A DNA stretch of 64,000 nt from an uncultured bacterium (GTDB lineage Bacteria > Bacteroidota > Ignavibacteria > Ignavibacteriales > Melioribacteraceae), in contig CALDDL010000012.1 of the NCBI GenBank assembly GCA_937936675.1, positions 2,670 to 66,669 of the forward strand, given 5' to 3'. The notes under the pieces are model-generated. The model saw only the letters and a program-made list of their open reading frames with translations, was not told where the DNA came from and did no database searches. The position numbers and the translations under genes were made by a program. Of the stretch, positions 38,315 to 49,704 are shown piece after piece. How positions within the stretch are numbered: the stretch's first letter is position 1; every line of letters starts with the position of its first letter.

Positions 38315-41300
38315 TTAGTTCGATTTTGCTACTAATATTCGTAATTTATGTTCGCCAATTTCAAATTCCTGCTCATGACCATCGGCACCTTCGATTCCGC
38401 TATAAAAAATTCCATCAGCGAGGATTTCATTACAAATATAATCTTTGAATTGGTTAACATAATCAATTAATTTCAAATCTGCATCAATAAAAACTCTAAT
38501 CCGGTCGATTACGTCAAATCCGGCATCTTTTCTCATATTCTGAACTCTATTTACAAATTCACGGGCATAACCCTCGGCTATTAGAGCTTCTGTTAATTCT
38601 GTATCTATCGCAACAGTTACACCTTCCTCGGACTCTACTAACCAACCTTCAATTTCATGACTAACAATTTCCACTTCTTCTTTTGTAATCACTACTTCAG
38701 TATTTTCGATAGTCAAAGTAAGAGTGCCATTATGCTCCAATACAGAAATTTGGTCTTTATTTAGTTCCTTAATTGCGTTTGTAAGGGGCTTAACTAATTT
38801 ACCATATTTGGGACCAATTGCTTTGAAATTTGGCTTAGCAGTTTTATTTACTATTTGAGTATCATCTTCCACTACGATCAATTCTTTTATGTTTACTTCC
38901 TCTAAAATCACTTCTCTCATACTATTAACAGCTTCACGTTTATTATGTTCTACAACTACCATCATTTTAAGAAGAGGCTGGCGAACTTTTAAATTATGTT
39001 TAGCGCGCATTGATCGGGAGAGGTAAACTGCCTTTTGAGCAATATCCATCTTCTCTTCGAGTTTTGTTTCAAAATAATCATTTTTAGAAAATTCCACTAA
39101 ATGAATCGATTCAGCACCTTCTTTTTTTGTAACTGAATTTAGATTCTGATATATCTCTTCGGCAATAAATGGAGAAAATGGAGCAGTAATTTTGCATACT
39201 GTTACCAAGCATTCATATAATGTTTGATAAGCAGAGATTTTATTTTTATTTATTTCTGATTTCCAGAATCTTCTGCGGCTTCTTCTAACATACCAATTAG
39301 AAAGCTGATCGATTGTGAATGATGATATAGAGCGGGCGGCTCTGGTAACATCATAATTATCCATCATCGTTTCATAATCTTTGACGAGTGTATTTAATTT
39401 TGAAATAATCCATCTATCTATTTCAGGTCTCTCTTCGTAAGGGATTAGTTCTTCACTGAAATCAAATTTATCGATATTAGCATAGAGTGCAAAGAAATTA
39501 TATGTATTTAATAGAGTACCAAAGAATTTTCTTTGAACTTCTAAAATTCCTTCCTCATCGAAAAGAGTAGATTTCCATGGAGGTGATGTGGTAACAAGAT
39601 ACCACCTTGTGGCATCAGCACCATATTTATCGAATAGTGAAAATGGATCAACTGTATTTCCTTTCGATTTGGACATCTTCTGACCGTCTTTATCCAGAAT
39701 TAATTCATTGACAATCAAATTCTTATAAGCAACTTTATCGAAAAGCATCGTCCCGATAGCATGAAGTGTATAGAACCAGCCCCTTGTTTGATCAATTCCT
39801 TCACAAATAAAATCTGCGGGATAATTTTTTTCAAATAATTCTTTATTCTCAAATGGATAATGGTACTGTGCAAAAGGCATCGCACCGGAATCAAACCAAA
39901 CGTCAATTAATTCGGGAGTACGTGAATAAATTTTTCCGTTACGCTCAAACTTAACTTCATCAACGTATGGTTTATGTAAATCTATATTTTCTAATTCTCT
40001 TACAGAAATTCGTTTACCATCTTTTTCAATGAAACCTTCCTTAAATTCTTCGATAGAACCAACAGCAAAAGTATCACCATCGACACTCACCCAAATAGGA
40101 AGTGGTGTAGCCCAGAAACGATCACGGGATAGAGCCCAATCTTTATTTTCTTCTAACCAATTGCCAAATCTTCCGCTTCCTACTTCAGGCGGATACCAGT
40201 TTATTGTTTTATTCAATTGAACCATTTTATCAGCAATTGCAGTAGTTCTAATAAACCAAGATTCACGAGCATAATAGATAACCGGGACATTATCAAATCT
40301 CCAGCTAAATGGATAGGAGTGAATGATTGTCTCTTTTTTATAAAGACTTCCCTGCTCTTTTAATTTTAATATAATCTCTTGATCAGCATCTTTTACGAAT
40401 TGCCCTTTGAAATCAGTTACCTCTTCGGTAAAGAGCCCGCCACGTGTAACCGGCTGCAGGAATGGCAAATCATATTTCTTAGATATTTCATAATCATCAG
40501 CACCAAATGCAGGAGACATATGAACAATTCCAGAACCGTCACCAATACTTACAAAATCTGCTTCCACTGCATAAAAAGCTTTTTTATCTACCTTCAGATA
40601 ATGGAAAAGTTGTTCATATTCTAATCCGGCTAACTCTTTTCCCTTAAATTCGCCGATTATTTCGTAGTCCCCTTTTAGAACCACTAATCTTTCTTTGGCA
40701 AGAATTAAATATTTGTCCTCGGTCTTCACCTTCACATAATCTATATCTGGTCCTACGGCAATAGCAACATTTGAGATCAAAGTCCATGGTGTTGTTGTCC
40801 ATACTAAAAAGTAAGTATTATCATCTTTAGAGAATTTGGAATCCTTAAGTTTCAGCATGACATATACCGATGGGTCTTTAGTATCTTTATAACCTAGAGC
40901 CAATTCGTGTGATGAGAGTACAGTTTCTGAACGTGGGCATTGAGGAACAATTTTATAATCTTTGTAAATTAATCCTTTATCGAAAAGAGTTTTGAGTGCC
41001 CACCAAACCGATTCAATATAATTATTATCGCATGTAATATAGGCATCTTCTAAAGTTACCCAATATCCCATGCGGGTAGTCATTCTTTCCCAAATATCTT
41101 TATAAGTAAAAACCGAATTCCTGCAAGCTTCATTATATTTTTCTACTCCGAAAACCGGTATCTCGCTTTTACTCTTTATACCGAGAGCCTTTTCTACTTC
41201 TATTTCAACAGGCAGTCCATGAGTATCCCATCCTGCTTTCCTGTTTACTCTAAATCCTTGTGTGGTTTTATATCGGCAAATGAGATCTTTCAATGTACGA

Positions 41301-41482
41301 GCCATTACATGATGAAGCCCCGGTTTCCCATTAGCAGTCGGAGGTCCTTCATAAAATGTAAATGGCTTACCTTCCGGTCGGTTAGTAACACTTTTTTCAA
41401 ATATCTGATTCTTTTCCCAGAATTCCAGTATCCTTTCTTCAATCTCAGGATAGTTTACTTTGTCAGAAAATTGTTTAAACAT
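38315..41482 (-). CDS. ileS: Isoleucine--tRNA ligase (type 2, eukaryote-like architecture)
   Basis: 1055 aa with PPTANGKPGLHHV (HIGH region) and KMSKSKGN. The C-terminus lacks the Cys-rich zinc-binding tail of type 1 IleRS. Confidence 0.97.
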   Translation of the reverse strand: MFKQFSDKVNYPEIEERILEFWEKNQIFEKSVTNRPEGKPFTFYEGPPTANGKPGLHHVMARTLKDLICRYKTTQGFRVNRKAGWDTHGLPVEIEVEKALGIKSKSEIPVFGVEKYNEACRNSVFTYKDIWERMTTRMGYWVTLEDAYITCDNNYIESVWWALKTLFDKGLIYKDYKIVPQCPRSETVLSSHELALGYKDTKDPSVYVMLKLKDSKFSKDDNTYFLVWTTTPWTLISNVAIAVGPDIDYVKVKTEDKYLILAKERLVVLKGDYEIIGEFKGKELAGLEYEQLFHYLKVDKKAFYAVEADFVSIGDGSGIVHMSPAFGADDYEISKKYDLPFLQPVTRGGLFTEEVTDFKGQFVKDADQEIILKLKEQGSLYKKETIIHSYPFSWRFDNVPVIYYARESWFIRTTAIADKMVQLNKTINWYPPEVGSGRFGNWLEENKDWALSRDRFWATPLPIWVSVDGDTFAVGSIEEFKEGFIEKDGKRISVRELENIDLHKPYVDEVKFERNGKIYSRTPELIDVWFDSGAMPFAQYHYPFENKELFEKNYPADFICEGIDQTRGWFYTLHAIGTMLFDKVAYKNLIVNELILDKDGQKMSKSKGNTVDPFSLFDKYGADATRWYLVTTSPPWKSTLFDEEGILEVQRKFFGTLLNTYNFFALYANIDKFDFSEELIPYEERPEIDRWIISKLNTLVKDYETMMDNYDVTRAARSISSFTIDQLSNWYVRRSRRRFWKSEINKNKISAYQTLYECLVTVCKITAPFSPFIAEEIYQNLNSVTKKEGAESIHLVEFSKNDYFETKLEEKMDIAQKAVYLSRSMRAKHNLKVRQPLLKMMVVVEHNKREAVNSMREVILEEVNIKELIVVEDDTQIVNKTAKPNFKAIGPKYGKLVKPLTNAIKELNKDQISVLEHNGTLTLTIENTEVVITKEEVEIVSHEIEGWLVESEEGVTVAIDTELTEALIAEGYAREFVNRVQNMRKDAGFDVIDRIRVFIDADLKLIDYVNQFKDYICNEILADGIFYSGIEGADGHEQEFEIGEHKLRILVAKSN

Positions 41483-41511
41483 TATCTCTTACTTTTAGTT
41501 ATTGATATATA

Positions 41512-42132
41512 TTAATTATCGTTTTTTTCATCTTCATAAGATTTCAATAAATCTTTTTCCACTGCAATAAATTCTTTTAGTTTTCTTTCAATATTCTTCT
41601 TTCGTTCAGTTATGTCGGTCAAATTTTTCTGTGCTTCAAATAAAATTTTATTAGCATTCAACTGGGCTTCTTCTATAATAATTTTAGCATCCCTTTTGGC
41701 ATCATTAAGAAGTTTTTTATGTTCTTCTGTGTCTATCTTTTTTTCAGTCTGGTTATTTTGGAGTAAAAAAACTTCACTGACTGCCATTCCAAAAAATGCA
41801 TAAGCTCCTAATGTAATATTTCTTAGTGTATAAAGTATAATGTTTTCAACCATCATATCGGATAAACCAAAATATCCATTAAGAACAGAAACCATAATAG
41901 AAGAGATAAAAGCAGATGCGACAATTACAGCAAAAATAATCTTTCCCCCATGAACCCATCCAAGAGTTTTATTTATTAACCATCCACATGCGAACGCAAA
42001 AAGAGAAAGAACAAACCAAACCGAAAAATCCTGATAACCCGCTTTGAATACATCAGTACTTAGGAAATTTGATGCAAAGACAATGAAAGTCAAAAGTGCC
42101 GCAGTTAAATAATATTTATTCGCTTTTATCAA
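41512..42132 (-). CDS. Membrane protein (about 4 TM) with C-terminal charged coiled coil, unknown function
   Basis: Four hydrophobic segments are followed by KKLLNDAKRDAKIIIEEAQLNANKILFEAQKNLTDITERKKNIERKLKEF. It overlaps the PNP gene stop by 4 nt. Confidence 0.5.
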   Translation of the reverse strand: MIKANKYYLTAALLTFIVFASNFLSTDVFKAGYQDFSVWFVLSLFAFACGWLINKTLGWVHGGKIIFAVIVASAFISSIMVSVLNGYFGLSDMMVENIILYTLRNITLGAYAFFGMAVSEVFLLQNNQTEKKIDTEEHKKLLNDAKRDAKIIIEEAQLNANKILFEAQKNLTDITERKKNIERKLKEFIAVEKDLLKSYEDEKNDN

Positions 42133-42953
42133 TTTATTCTCTTTATTACTTCTTTCATTAATAAAGTCAATTTTGGTTCCGCACTCATAGCAGTTTCGAT
42201 AATTTCTTTTACGTCCACTGCTCTTAAAGTTTCAGGAAAACATTCATCTGTAATAATACTTAATCCAAGGACTTTCATTCCCATGTGGTTTGCTACAATG
42301 TTTTCAGGCACGGTGGACATACCCACAACGTCTGCACCCGTGGCTCTTAAAAATCTATATTCTGCTTTTGTTTCCAAATTTGGACCCGGCACGGCTACAT
42401 ATACACCTTTTTGAATTTTTATTTTATTGTCTAACGCCACTTCTTCTGCAATATTAATTAATTCTAATGAATATGGCTCGCTCATATCGGGGAATCTAGG
42501 TCCCAGTTCATCTTCGTTTTTACCTATCAATGGATTATCTCCGAGCAGATTAATATGATCTACCATTAGCATTAAATCACCCCTTCTATAAAGAGGATTC
42601 ATTCCGCCGCAGGCGTTAGATACAACTAACGTTTTTACTCCGAGAAATTTCATCACTCTTATAGGATATGTAATTTCCTTCATTGAATATCCTTCATAAA
42701 AATGAAAACGTCCCTGCATGGCAACAACATTTTTTCCTGAAAGTTTCCCTAATATTAATTTCCCTCTATGTGATTCAACAGTCGATAAAGGGAAATGAGG
42801 TAATTCTTCATAATCAAATTCATGCTCTATCTCAATTTCATTTACTAATCCGCCAAGACCCGTCCCAAGTACAATCCCTATTTCATAGTCATCTTTTGTT
42901 TTTTTTCTGATTACTTCTAAAGTTTCATTAACAAATTTTAATAGTTCGTTCAT
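42129..42953 (-). CDS. Purine nucleoside phosphorylase (trimeric PNP/PunA type)
   Basis: 274 aa with GIVLGTGLGG, VAMQGRFHFYEGY, VVSNACGGMN and GMSTVPE motifs. Confidence 0.9.
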   Translation of the reverse strand: MNELLKFVNETLEVIRKKTKDDYEIGIVLGTGLGGLVNEIEIEHEFDYEELPHFPLSTVESHRGKLILGKLSGKNVVAMQGRFHFYEGYSMKEITYPIRVMKFLGVKTLVVSNACGGMNPLYRRGDLMLMVDHINLLGDNPLIGKNEDELGPRFPDMSEPYSLELINIAEEVALDNKIKIQKGVYVAVPGPNLETKAEYRFLRATGADVVGMSTVPENIVANHMGMKVLGLSIITDECFPETLRAVDVKEIIETAMSAEPKLTLLMKEVIKRIN

Positions 42954-43507
42954 AAGAGTTTCCCTAATATATCATCGACATTAATTTCGTTTTCTTCATT
43001 TAAATCATTTCTTTTTGGAATATTGACTTCTATTTTTTTCTCTGCTTTCGGTTCTATATAATTAGAGACATTCCAATCAAGCAGTTCAGCTTGAGAATTA
43101 ATAATAGCTTTCAATTTTGCAATTAGAACCCGTTTTTCTTCCTTAAGTTTCAAGACCGAGTTTAGAGTATCATTAGCATTTTCTTTAGCCTTTTCAATAA
43201 TCTGTTGAGACTTAAGTTCGGCTTCTTTTATCATAAGAGAACTTTGTTTTTTAGCAGAATCCACAGCTTTGGTTGTTGATTCAGTAGCGGATAAAAGAGC
43301 GTTTTGAAGATTTTTTTCTATTCTCCTAAATTCTTTTAATTGATCCTCCATAGAATCGAAATCATTTTTTAATTTTTCGTTCTCATTCGATATTCTTTCA
43401 AATTCATCGGATAACCGTTCTAAGAAGGCACGCACTTCATCTTTATCATAACCACGTACTGCCTTATTAAAATCCTGATTCTTTATTCCAAAAGGTGTAA
43501 ACTTCAT
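42950..43507 (-). CDS. DivIVA domain-containing protein
   Basis: The N-terminus MKFTPFGIKNQDFNKAVRGYDKDEVRAFLERLSDEF matches the DivIVA signature, followed by a coiled coil. Confidence 0.85.
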   Translation of the reverse strand: MKFTPFGIKNQDFNKAVRGYDKDEVRAFLERLSDEFERISNENEKLKNDFDSMEDQLKEFRRIEKNLQNALLSATESTTKAVDSAKKQSSLMIKEAELKSQQIIEKAKENANDTLNSVLKLKEEKRVLIAKLKAIINSQAELLDWNVSNYIEPKAEKKIEVNIPKRNDLNEENEINVDDILGKLL

Positions 43508-43519
43508 TTTTACTCTCTA

Positions 43520-44203
43520 TTAATTGTAATTACGGTCTCCGAAAAGAGCCGTACCAATTCTAATCATTGTAGCACCTTCTTCAATGGCAATTTCATAATC
43601 GTTAGTCATTCCCATTGATAGTTCGGTTAATTCATACCCTTTTTCTCGGGCTTTCTCTCTTAATAATCTAAGTTTCTTAAAACTTTCTCTTATTACTTTT
43701 TCGTCATCGGTATAAGGAGCCATAGTCATAAGACCTGCCGCTTTAATATTTGCCAATTCTCTTACTTTATTAATCAATTCAAAAAAATCATTTTCGTTTT
43801 GAATTCCGAATTTAGATTCTTCAGAAGAGGTCTTAATTTCAAAGAGTATTTTCTGCACTTTACCAATAGCTTCAGCTTTTTTATTTATCTCTACGGCGAG
43901 CTTAAGAGAATCAACAGAATGAATATATTCCGCAGAATCAATAACATACTTCACTTTATTAGTTTGAAGATGACCAATAAAATGCCAGTGAATACCTGAA
44001 CTGATAATAGAATTTTTATCCCGTAATTCTTGTGCTTTATTCTCACCAAAGTGAATAAGTCCCACTTTTAATGCTTCCTCGATTGCAGCAATTGGTTGAG
44101 TTTTTGATACAGCAACTAAGGAAATATCACTTCTATTCCGACCTGCTCTTAAGCAAGCCTTCATAATTCTTTCTTCAACAATATGAAGGTTGTCTATTAT
44201 CAT
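43520..44203 (-). CDS. yggS: YggS-family pyridoxal-phosphate homeostasis protein
   Basis: 227 aa with LVAVSKTQP (PLP lysine), HFIGHLQTNK and SMGMTNDYEIAIEEGATMIRIGTALFG. Confidence 0.9.
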   Translation of the reverse strand: MIIDNLHIVEERIMKACLRAGRNRSDISLVAVSKTQPIAAIEEALKVGLIHFGENKAQELRDKNSIISSGIHWHFIGHLQTNKVKYVIDSAEYIHSVDSLKLAVEINKKAEAIGKVQKILFEIKTSSEESKFGIQNENDFFELINKVRELANIKAAGLMTMAPYTDDEKVIRESFKKLRLLREKAREKGYELTELSMGMTNDYEIAIEEGATMIRIGTALFGDRNYN

Positions 44204-44256
44204 TTTTTTTTAATCAAGAAGTAGAATGTATTAAAAAACTGAATCTCTTACAAATC

Positions 44257-44283
44257 AAAAAAGGCTCATAAAGAGCCTTTTTG
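44257..44283 (-). terminator. Rho-independent terminator downstream of nrdJ
   Basis: Stem AAGGCTC (44261-44267) / GAGCCTT (44273-44279) with a 5-nt loop. On the minus strand it is followed by TTTTTTGATTT. Confidence 0.7.
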
Positions 44284-44317
44284 ACTTAAATCTTCTAAAA
44301 ATGCACATTAAATCTTA

Positions 44318-47300
44318 TTAACTACACCCTGTAGTAGCTCCACAGGTATTACATTTTAGACAGGTACCATTTCGTACCATAGTCATACTCTGACATTCCG
44401 GACAGATATCACCCGTGTAACCTCTTTCACGTGCTTTCATTACTGTTTGATGCTGCATTAATTTTTTATCCATTTCGTTTTTACCGTTGCCATTGGAAGT
44501 ATCTACCATGATCGGTTTTCTTCTAGTAGTATCAGGCTCAACGAATACTTCGCTTATAATTTCTTCACCAACGAAATCAGGTTCGCTCATTGAGCGATGT
44601 TCTTTATTCTTTATAATATCAGTTTCATCGACATGAGCCAAATCGTTTCTTCCAAGATAAGATACAGCCAACTCACGGAAAATATAATCAATTACCGAAG
44701 TAGCCATTTTAATTCGGCTATGACCTGTAAGCACACCGCTTGGTTCAAATCTCGTAAAGACAAAAGCGTCAACAAATTCTTCGAGCGGAACACCATGTTG
44801 TAGTCCAAGTGATATCGAAATTGCGAAGCAGTTTAATAAACTTCTGAATGCCGCACCTTCTTTGTGCATATCGATAAATACTTCACCAATCTGTCCGTTA
44901 TCATATTCACCTGTTCTTACATAAACAGATTGACCATTAATTTTCACTTTTTGAGTGTATCCTGTTCTTCTATCCGGAAGTCTTCTTCTTTTTGCTATGT
45001 ATCTATGGATAATTCTCTCGGCAACTTTTATAATATCGTTTTCTTCTTTCTTCTCTAAGAGGTCTTCCACTTCTTCTTCACTCATTGAATTAAGCGGTTG
45101 GCTAAGTTTAGAACCATCACGATAAAGAGCGTTTGCCTTAGTTCCAAGTTTCCAAGACATCATATAAGCATGCTTAATATCTTCAATATCTGCATGATTA
45201 GGAAGATTTATAGTTTTAGAAATTGCACCTGAAATAAAAGGCTGTGCCGCTGCCATCATATATATATGAGCATCTGCTTTTATATAACGAGTACCTTTTT
45301 TGCCGCACTTATTAGCGCAATCAAAAACTGAGTAATGTTCATGCTTTAAGAATGGAGCACCTTCGATTGTCATTGTGCCGCATACATAATCATTAGCGAC
45401 CGTAATTTCATTTTTAGTGAATCCGAGAGCAGATAAAAGATCGAAACTAAAATCATCTATTTGATCAGAATTAAATCCAAGATTATTAATCAAGAATTTA
45501 TCTCCGAGAGTATATCTATTAAATGCAAAACTTAATTCAAAAACAGATGGGAGAGCCGATTCAATTTTCGCAATCGCTTCATCATTAAATCCTTTTGAAC
45601 GCAAAGTTTCTGGATTGATATAAGGGCAGCCAATAAGTGAACCAGAACCTTTGGCATATTTAACTATTTCAGTTATTTGTTCTTTATTATATCCAAGCAC
45701 TTTTAATGCTGGTGGTATGGACTGATTAATGATTTTGAAATAACCGCCACCTGCCAATTTTTTGAATTTTACTAAAGCAAAATCGGGTTCGATTCCTGTG
45801 GTATCACAATCCATAACCAACCCGATTGTACCTGTCGGAGCAATTACTGTTACTTGAGCATTTCTAAAACCAAACTTTTCACCGGCATCCAAAGCCAAAT
45901 CAGCATCTTCACGTGCTGCTTTTAATAAGTCCGAGGGACAGTGTTCAGGATTGATCCCCATAGGATGAATCGATAGTCCTTCATATTCTTCCTTAGGAAC
46001 GTTATATGCAGCTCGTTTATGGTTCCTGATTACACGAAGCATTGCCTCTTTGTTCTTTTCGAATTGCGGGAATGGTTTATGTTCCTTTGCCATTTCGGAC
46101 GATGTGGCATAAGAACGCATATGCATAATTGCCGTCAATGCACCTGTTATTGCGAATGCTTCCTTACTGTCATAAGGTATTCCTTGACGCATTAATAACG
46201 AACCGAGATTAGCATAACCTAAGCCGAGAGTTCTATATTCATAACTTAATTGAGCAATCTCCTTGCTCGGATATTGAGCCATCAATACGCTTATCTCCAA
46301 TACCATAGTCCAAAGACGTGTGGCATGGCGATAGGCATTGATATCAAACTTAGCTAATTCATCATTATAAAATTTAACAAGATTAAGTGAAGCTAGATTA
46401 CATGCAGTATCATCTAAGAACATATATTCGCTGCAAGGATTTGATGCTCTTATCCTACCGCTATTAATACATGTATGCCATTCATTAATTGTAGTATCAT
46501 ATTGTAGTCCGGGATCCGCCGAAGACCAAGCTGCATAAGCAATCTCTTCCCATAGATCAGCTGCTTTTAGTGTCTTACAGGGCTTAGCATCTCTTCCCTC
46601 TTTAGTAGCTTTCTTCTTTTCATTTCGCCAGTATAAGTTCCAATCATTATCATTTAGTACTGCTTGCATGAAATCATTAGTTACTCTTACCGAATTATTA
46701 GAGTTCTGTCCTGCAACAGTATTATATGCTTCCGAATTCCAATCTTCATTATAAACAGGAAATTCAATACTCTTAAATCCAAGCTTAGCTAATTTGATTA
46801 CACGTTCAATATAATTTTCGGGGATATGAAGTTTGCGAGCTTCTAGTACCGCTTTCCTAAGTCGAAGATTTGTTCTTTTATTAAATCTGTCATTCTCGGG
46901 ATGCTCTTCAAAGCATGTTTTCATTATATTATTTAAATGGTAATTACAGATTTTAGAGCCGGTTACTAATGCCGCAACTTTTTGCTCTTCCACAACTTTC
47001 CAATTTATATATTCTTCAATATCGGGATGATCAATATCGAGAGTAACCATCTTAGCGGCTCTGCGCGTTGTTCCACCTGATTTTATTGCTCCTGCCGAGC
47101 GATCGCCAATTTTTAAGAATGACATTAAACCGGATGATTTACCACCTCCGCTAAGTGGTTCGTTTACACCCCTGATATCAGAAAAATTCGATCCCGTACC
47201 AGAACCGTACTTGAATAAGCGGGCTTCTCTAACCCATAGATCCATTATTCCGCCATCATTAACCAAATCGTCTTTAATCGATTGAATAAAACATGCATGC

Positions 47301-47887
47301 GGTTGAGGATGTGTATATGCATCTTCGGATTGAGTTAATTCACCGCTTTGATAATCCACATAATAATGTCCCTGTGCAGGACCATTAATTCCGTAAGCCC
47401 AGTTGAGACCGGTATTAAACCATTGCGGACTATTAGGTGCGGCATATTGTGCAGCAAGCATATATGCAAGCTCATCATAAAAGGTGCGTGCGTCATCTTC
47501 GGTATCAAAATATCCGGCTTTCCAGCCCCAATATGTCCATGTTCCAGATAATCGCGTAAACACTTGTCTTGAATCAGTTTCGCTTGAATAACGTTCCTTC
47601 TCAGGAAGCTCTTCTAAGGTTTTTGTATCTGCTATTGATGCTTGAAGCCATTTCGGAACTCCGGCTTCTTTCACTTTCTTAAGCAGGCGTGGAACGCCGG
47701 CTTTTCTAAAATATTTTTGCGCTATTACATCTGTCGCTACTTGCGACCATTCTTTTGGTACTGAAACATCTTCCATCCTAAAGACTATTGAGCCGTCAGG
47801 ATTCTTTATTTCTGATGTTCTTTTTGTAAATTCTAATGACTCGAAGGGGTCTTTACCGGCTTCAGTAAAAAGTCGATTTATTTTCAT
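44318..47887 (-). CDS. nrdJ: Adenosylcobalamin-dependent (class II) ribonucleotide reductase
   Basis: 1189 aa. Active-site loop [22 protein letters not shown] and the typical N-terminal FxKRT...DGS region. C-terminal Cys-rich tail [28 protein letters not shown]. Confidence 0.93.
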   Translation of the reverse strand: MKINRLFTEAGKDPFESLEFTKRTSEIKNPDGSIVFRMEDVSVPKEWSQVATDVIAQKYFRKAGVPRLLKKVKEAGVPKWLQASIADTKTLEELPEKERYSSETDSRQVFTRLSGTWTYWGWKAGYFDTEDDARTFYDELAYMLAAQYAAPNSPQWFNTGLNWAYGINGPAQGHYYVDYQSGELTQSEDAYTHPQPHACFIQSIKDDLVNDGGIMDLWVREARLFKYGSGTGSNFSDIRGVNEPLSGGGKSSGLMSFLKIGDRSAGAIKSGGTTRRAAKMVTLDIDHPDIEEYINWKVVEEQKVAALVTGSKICNYHLNNIMKTCFEEHPENDRFNKRTNLRLRKAVLEARKLHIPENYIERVIKLAKLGFKSIEFPVYNEDWNSEAYNTVAGQNSNNSVRVTNDFMQAVLNDNDWNLYWRNEKKKATKEGRDAKPCKTLKAADLWEEIAYAAWSSADPGLQYDTTINEWHTCINSGRIRASNPCSEYMFLDDTACNLASLNLVKFYNDELAKFDINAYRHATRLWTMVLEISVLMAQYPSKEIAQLSYEYRTLGLGYANLGSLLMRQGIPYDSKEAFAITGALTAIMHMRSYATSSEMAKEHKPFPQFEKNKEAMLRVIRNHKRAAYNVPKEEYEGLSIHPMGINPEHCPSDLLKAAREDADLALDAGEKFGFRNAQVTVIAPTGTIGLVMDCDTTGIEPDFALVKFKKLAGGGYFKIINQSIPPALKVLGYNKEQITEIVKYAKGSGSLIGCPYINPETLRSKGFNDEAIAKIESALPSVFELSFAFNRYTLGDKFLINNLGFNSDQIDDFSFDLLSALGFTKNEITVANDYVCGTMTIEGAPFLKHEHYSVFDCANKCGKKGTRYIKADAHIYMMAAAQPFISGAISKTINLPNHADIEDIKHAYMMSWKLGTKANALYRDGSKLSQPLNSMSEEEVEDLLEKKEENDIIKVAERIIHRYIAKRRRLPDRRTGYTQKVKINGQSVYVRTGEYDNGQIGEVFIDMHKEGAAFRSLLNCFAISISLGLQHGVPLEEFVDAFVFTRFEPSGVLTGHSRIKMATSVIDYIFRELAVSYLGRNDLAHVDETDIIKNKEHRSMSEPDFVGEEIISEVFVEPDTTRRKPIMVDTSNGNGKNEMDKKLMQHQTVMKARERGYTGDICPECQSMTMVRNGTCLKCNTCGATTGCS

Positions 47888-48018
47888 TTACTGCTCCAGA
47901 ATTACAGTTGAAAAAATTTATTTGATTAAAAAACGAAATTGCCCTGAATTTTGCTTGTCGGAAATAGCAAGTTATATAAAAATTTTTTTTATAGCAAAAT
48001 TATAATTATAGGGGTGAA

Positions 48019-48040
48019 TTATAAATCAATTGATTTATAA
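48019..48040. promoter_or_regulatory. Perfect 22-bp palindrome (candidate operator) in the nrdJ / malQ divergent intergenic region
   Basis: TTATAAATCAA|TTGATTTATAA. A third copy of the half-site core AATTGATTT follows at 48039-48047. Function is unknown, and AT-rich context raises the chance expectation. Confidence 0.3.
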
Positions 48041-48152
48041 TTGATTTCACACACCAATAATTCCAAAACCAAAATAAAAAATTTTTGTTATAACAAAACA
48101 GTTGTTTTTATTTATTTTTATTTTATGTGAAATTAATTTTTGAGGATTGCTT

Positions 48153-49697
48153 ATGCATTTAGGAAGATCAGCAGGAATATTACTACACCCAACTTCTTTA
48201 CCGGGTAAATATGGAATCGGAGATTTGGGTAATGAAGCTTACCATTTTATCGATTTTATGGAACATTCAGGTCAAATTCTTTGGCAGACTTTTCCTTTAG
48301 GACCCACCGGATATGGAGATTCTCCTTATCAATGTTTCTCTGCTTTTGCAGGAAATCCAATGCTTATCAGTATTGATAAACTTCTTGAGATGGGACTTTT
48401 ATATCAAAGCGACCTTAGCGACTATCCCGATTTTGGAAGCGGTGATATAGATTATGGACCATTAATTATTGCGAAAAATAATATTCTTCAAAAAGCTTTT
48501 AAGAATTTTAAAAGTTCAGGGAATACAATCGATAATTTTTGCCATAAATTTATTAAAGAAAATAAATACTGGTTAGAAAACTATGCACTATTTATGGCAG
48601 TGAAGGAATATCATAATGGTGTTCGCTGGACTGATTGGGATAAAGAAATTGCATTTGGTAAAGGAGAAATTTTAGATAAGTGGAAAGAAAAAGTAATTGA
48701 TAAATATGAATATCAAATTTTTATTCAGTATCTATTCGATGAACAGTGGCAAAATCTTAAAGAATATGCTCATAAAAAAGGGATTAAAATAATTGGCGAT
48801 ATGCCGATATTTGTTGCCTATGATAGTGCTGATGTTTGGGGAAATAAAGAACAATTCTCCATTAATCCAAAGGATGGTTCTGCTGAGTTTGTTGCAGGAG
48901 TGCCGCCGGATTATTTTAGTGCCACCGGTCAACTTTGGGGGAATCCATTATACAAATGGAAAGTAATGGAGAAGGATAATTTTAGTTGGTGGAAATCAAG
49001 AATTAAAAAATTATTAACTCTTTGTGATATAATACGGATTGATCATTTCAGAGGATTTGATGCATATTGGGAGATTCCCGGAGATGCCGAAACAGCTATA
49101 ACTGGCAGATGGGTAAAAGCTCCCGGAGAAAAACTCTTTAATTCCATTCGAGAAGAATTAGGAACACTCCCTATTATTGCCGAAGATCTCGGAGTAATTA
49201 CAAAAACTGTGGAAGAACTCCGTGATAAATTTGAATTCCCCGGAATAAAAATTATGCAATTTTCATTCGGAGATGAGGGAGAGAAAAAATTCCTGCCACA
49301 TAATTATATACCGAATTGCGTGGTTCATACTGGTTCTCATGATAATGAAACAACACGCGGATTTATTGAATCTGAGATTAAGAAAGGTGAAGGAATTTAT
49401 GAGTGGGCTCAAAAATATTTGAACTACTATGGAAACGATATAGTGTTCGAAATGATTAGAACAGCTTACGCATCGGTAGCTGAAATTGTTGTTATCCCAT
49501 TACAGGATATGTTGAACTTGGGAAACGAAGCAAGGATGAATTTCCCGGGACGTCTCGGAGGTAATTGGATGTGGCGCTTTAGATGGGAACAAATTCCACC
49601 TCAGCTTGCTGCAACTTATAAAGAGATGTGCAAAATCTATGAACGTCCGAAAACTAAAGTAACTGAATATGAGAAAATAGTAGAAGAATTAGAATAG
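48153..49697 (+). CDS. malQ: 4-alpha-glucanotransferase (amylomaltase, GH77)
   Basis: I prefer the ATG at 48153 (GAGGA SD at 48142-48146) over the track TTG at 48147. The sequence reads RSAGILLHPTSLPGKYGIGDLG and has downstream GH77 motifs (IIGDMPIFV, RIDHFRGF, IAEDLG). Confidence 0.93.
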   Translation: MHLGRSAGILLHPTSLPGKYGIGDLGNEAYHFIDFMEHSGQILWQTFPLGPTGYGDSPYQCFSAFAGNPMLISIDKLLEMGLLYQSDLSDYPDFGSGDIDYGPLIIAKNNILQKAFKNFKSSGNTIDNFCHKFIKENKYWLENYALFMAVKEYHNGVRWTDWDKEIAFGKGEILDKWKEKVIDKYEYQIFIQYLFDEQWQNLKEYAHKKGIKIIGDMPIFVAYDSADVWGNKEQFSINPKDGSAEFVAGVPPDYFSATGQLWGNPLYKWKVMEKDNFSWWKSRIKKLLTLCDIIRIDHFRGFDAYWEIPGDAETAITGRWVKAPGEKLFNSIREELGTLPIIAEDLGVITKTVEELRDKFEFPGIKIMQFSFGDEGEKKFLPHNYIPNCVVHTGSHDNETTRGFIESEIKKGEGIYEWAQKYLNYYGNDIVFEMIRTAYASVAEIVVIPLQDMLNLGNEARMNFPGRLGGNWMWRFRWEQIPPQLAATYKEMCKIYERPKTKVTEYEKIVEELE

Positions 49698-49704
49698 GCA
49701 ATTG

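Noticed and set aside
44318-47887. Possible intein explaining the 1189-aa length of NrdJ.
   Set aside because: The active-site NPCSEY loop and flanking conserved blocks are contiguous, and I saw no Cys/Ser...HN(C/S/T) splice-junction pair. The length fits long-form class II RNRs with a C-terminal Cys-rich tail.
47888-48146. Cobalamin riboswitch or NrdR boxes upstream of the B12-dependent nrdJ.
   Set aside because: The leader is extremely AT-rich, with no GC-rich B12-box-like core and no multi-stem potential. I could not match the palindromes present to the NrdR box consensus as I recall it.
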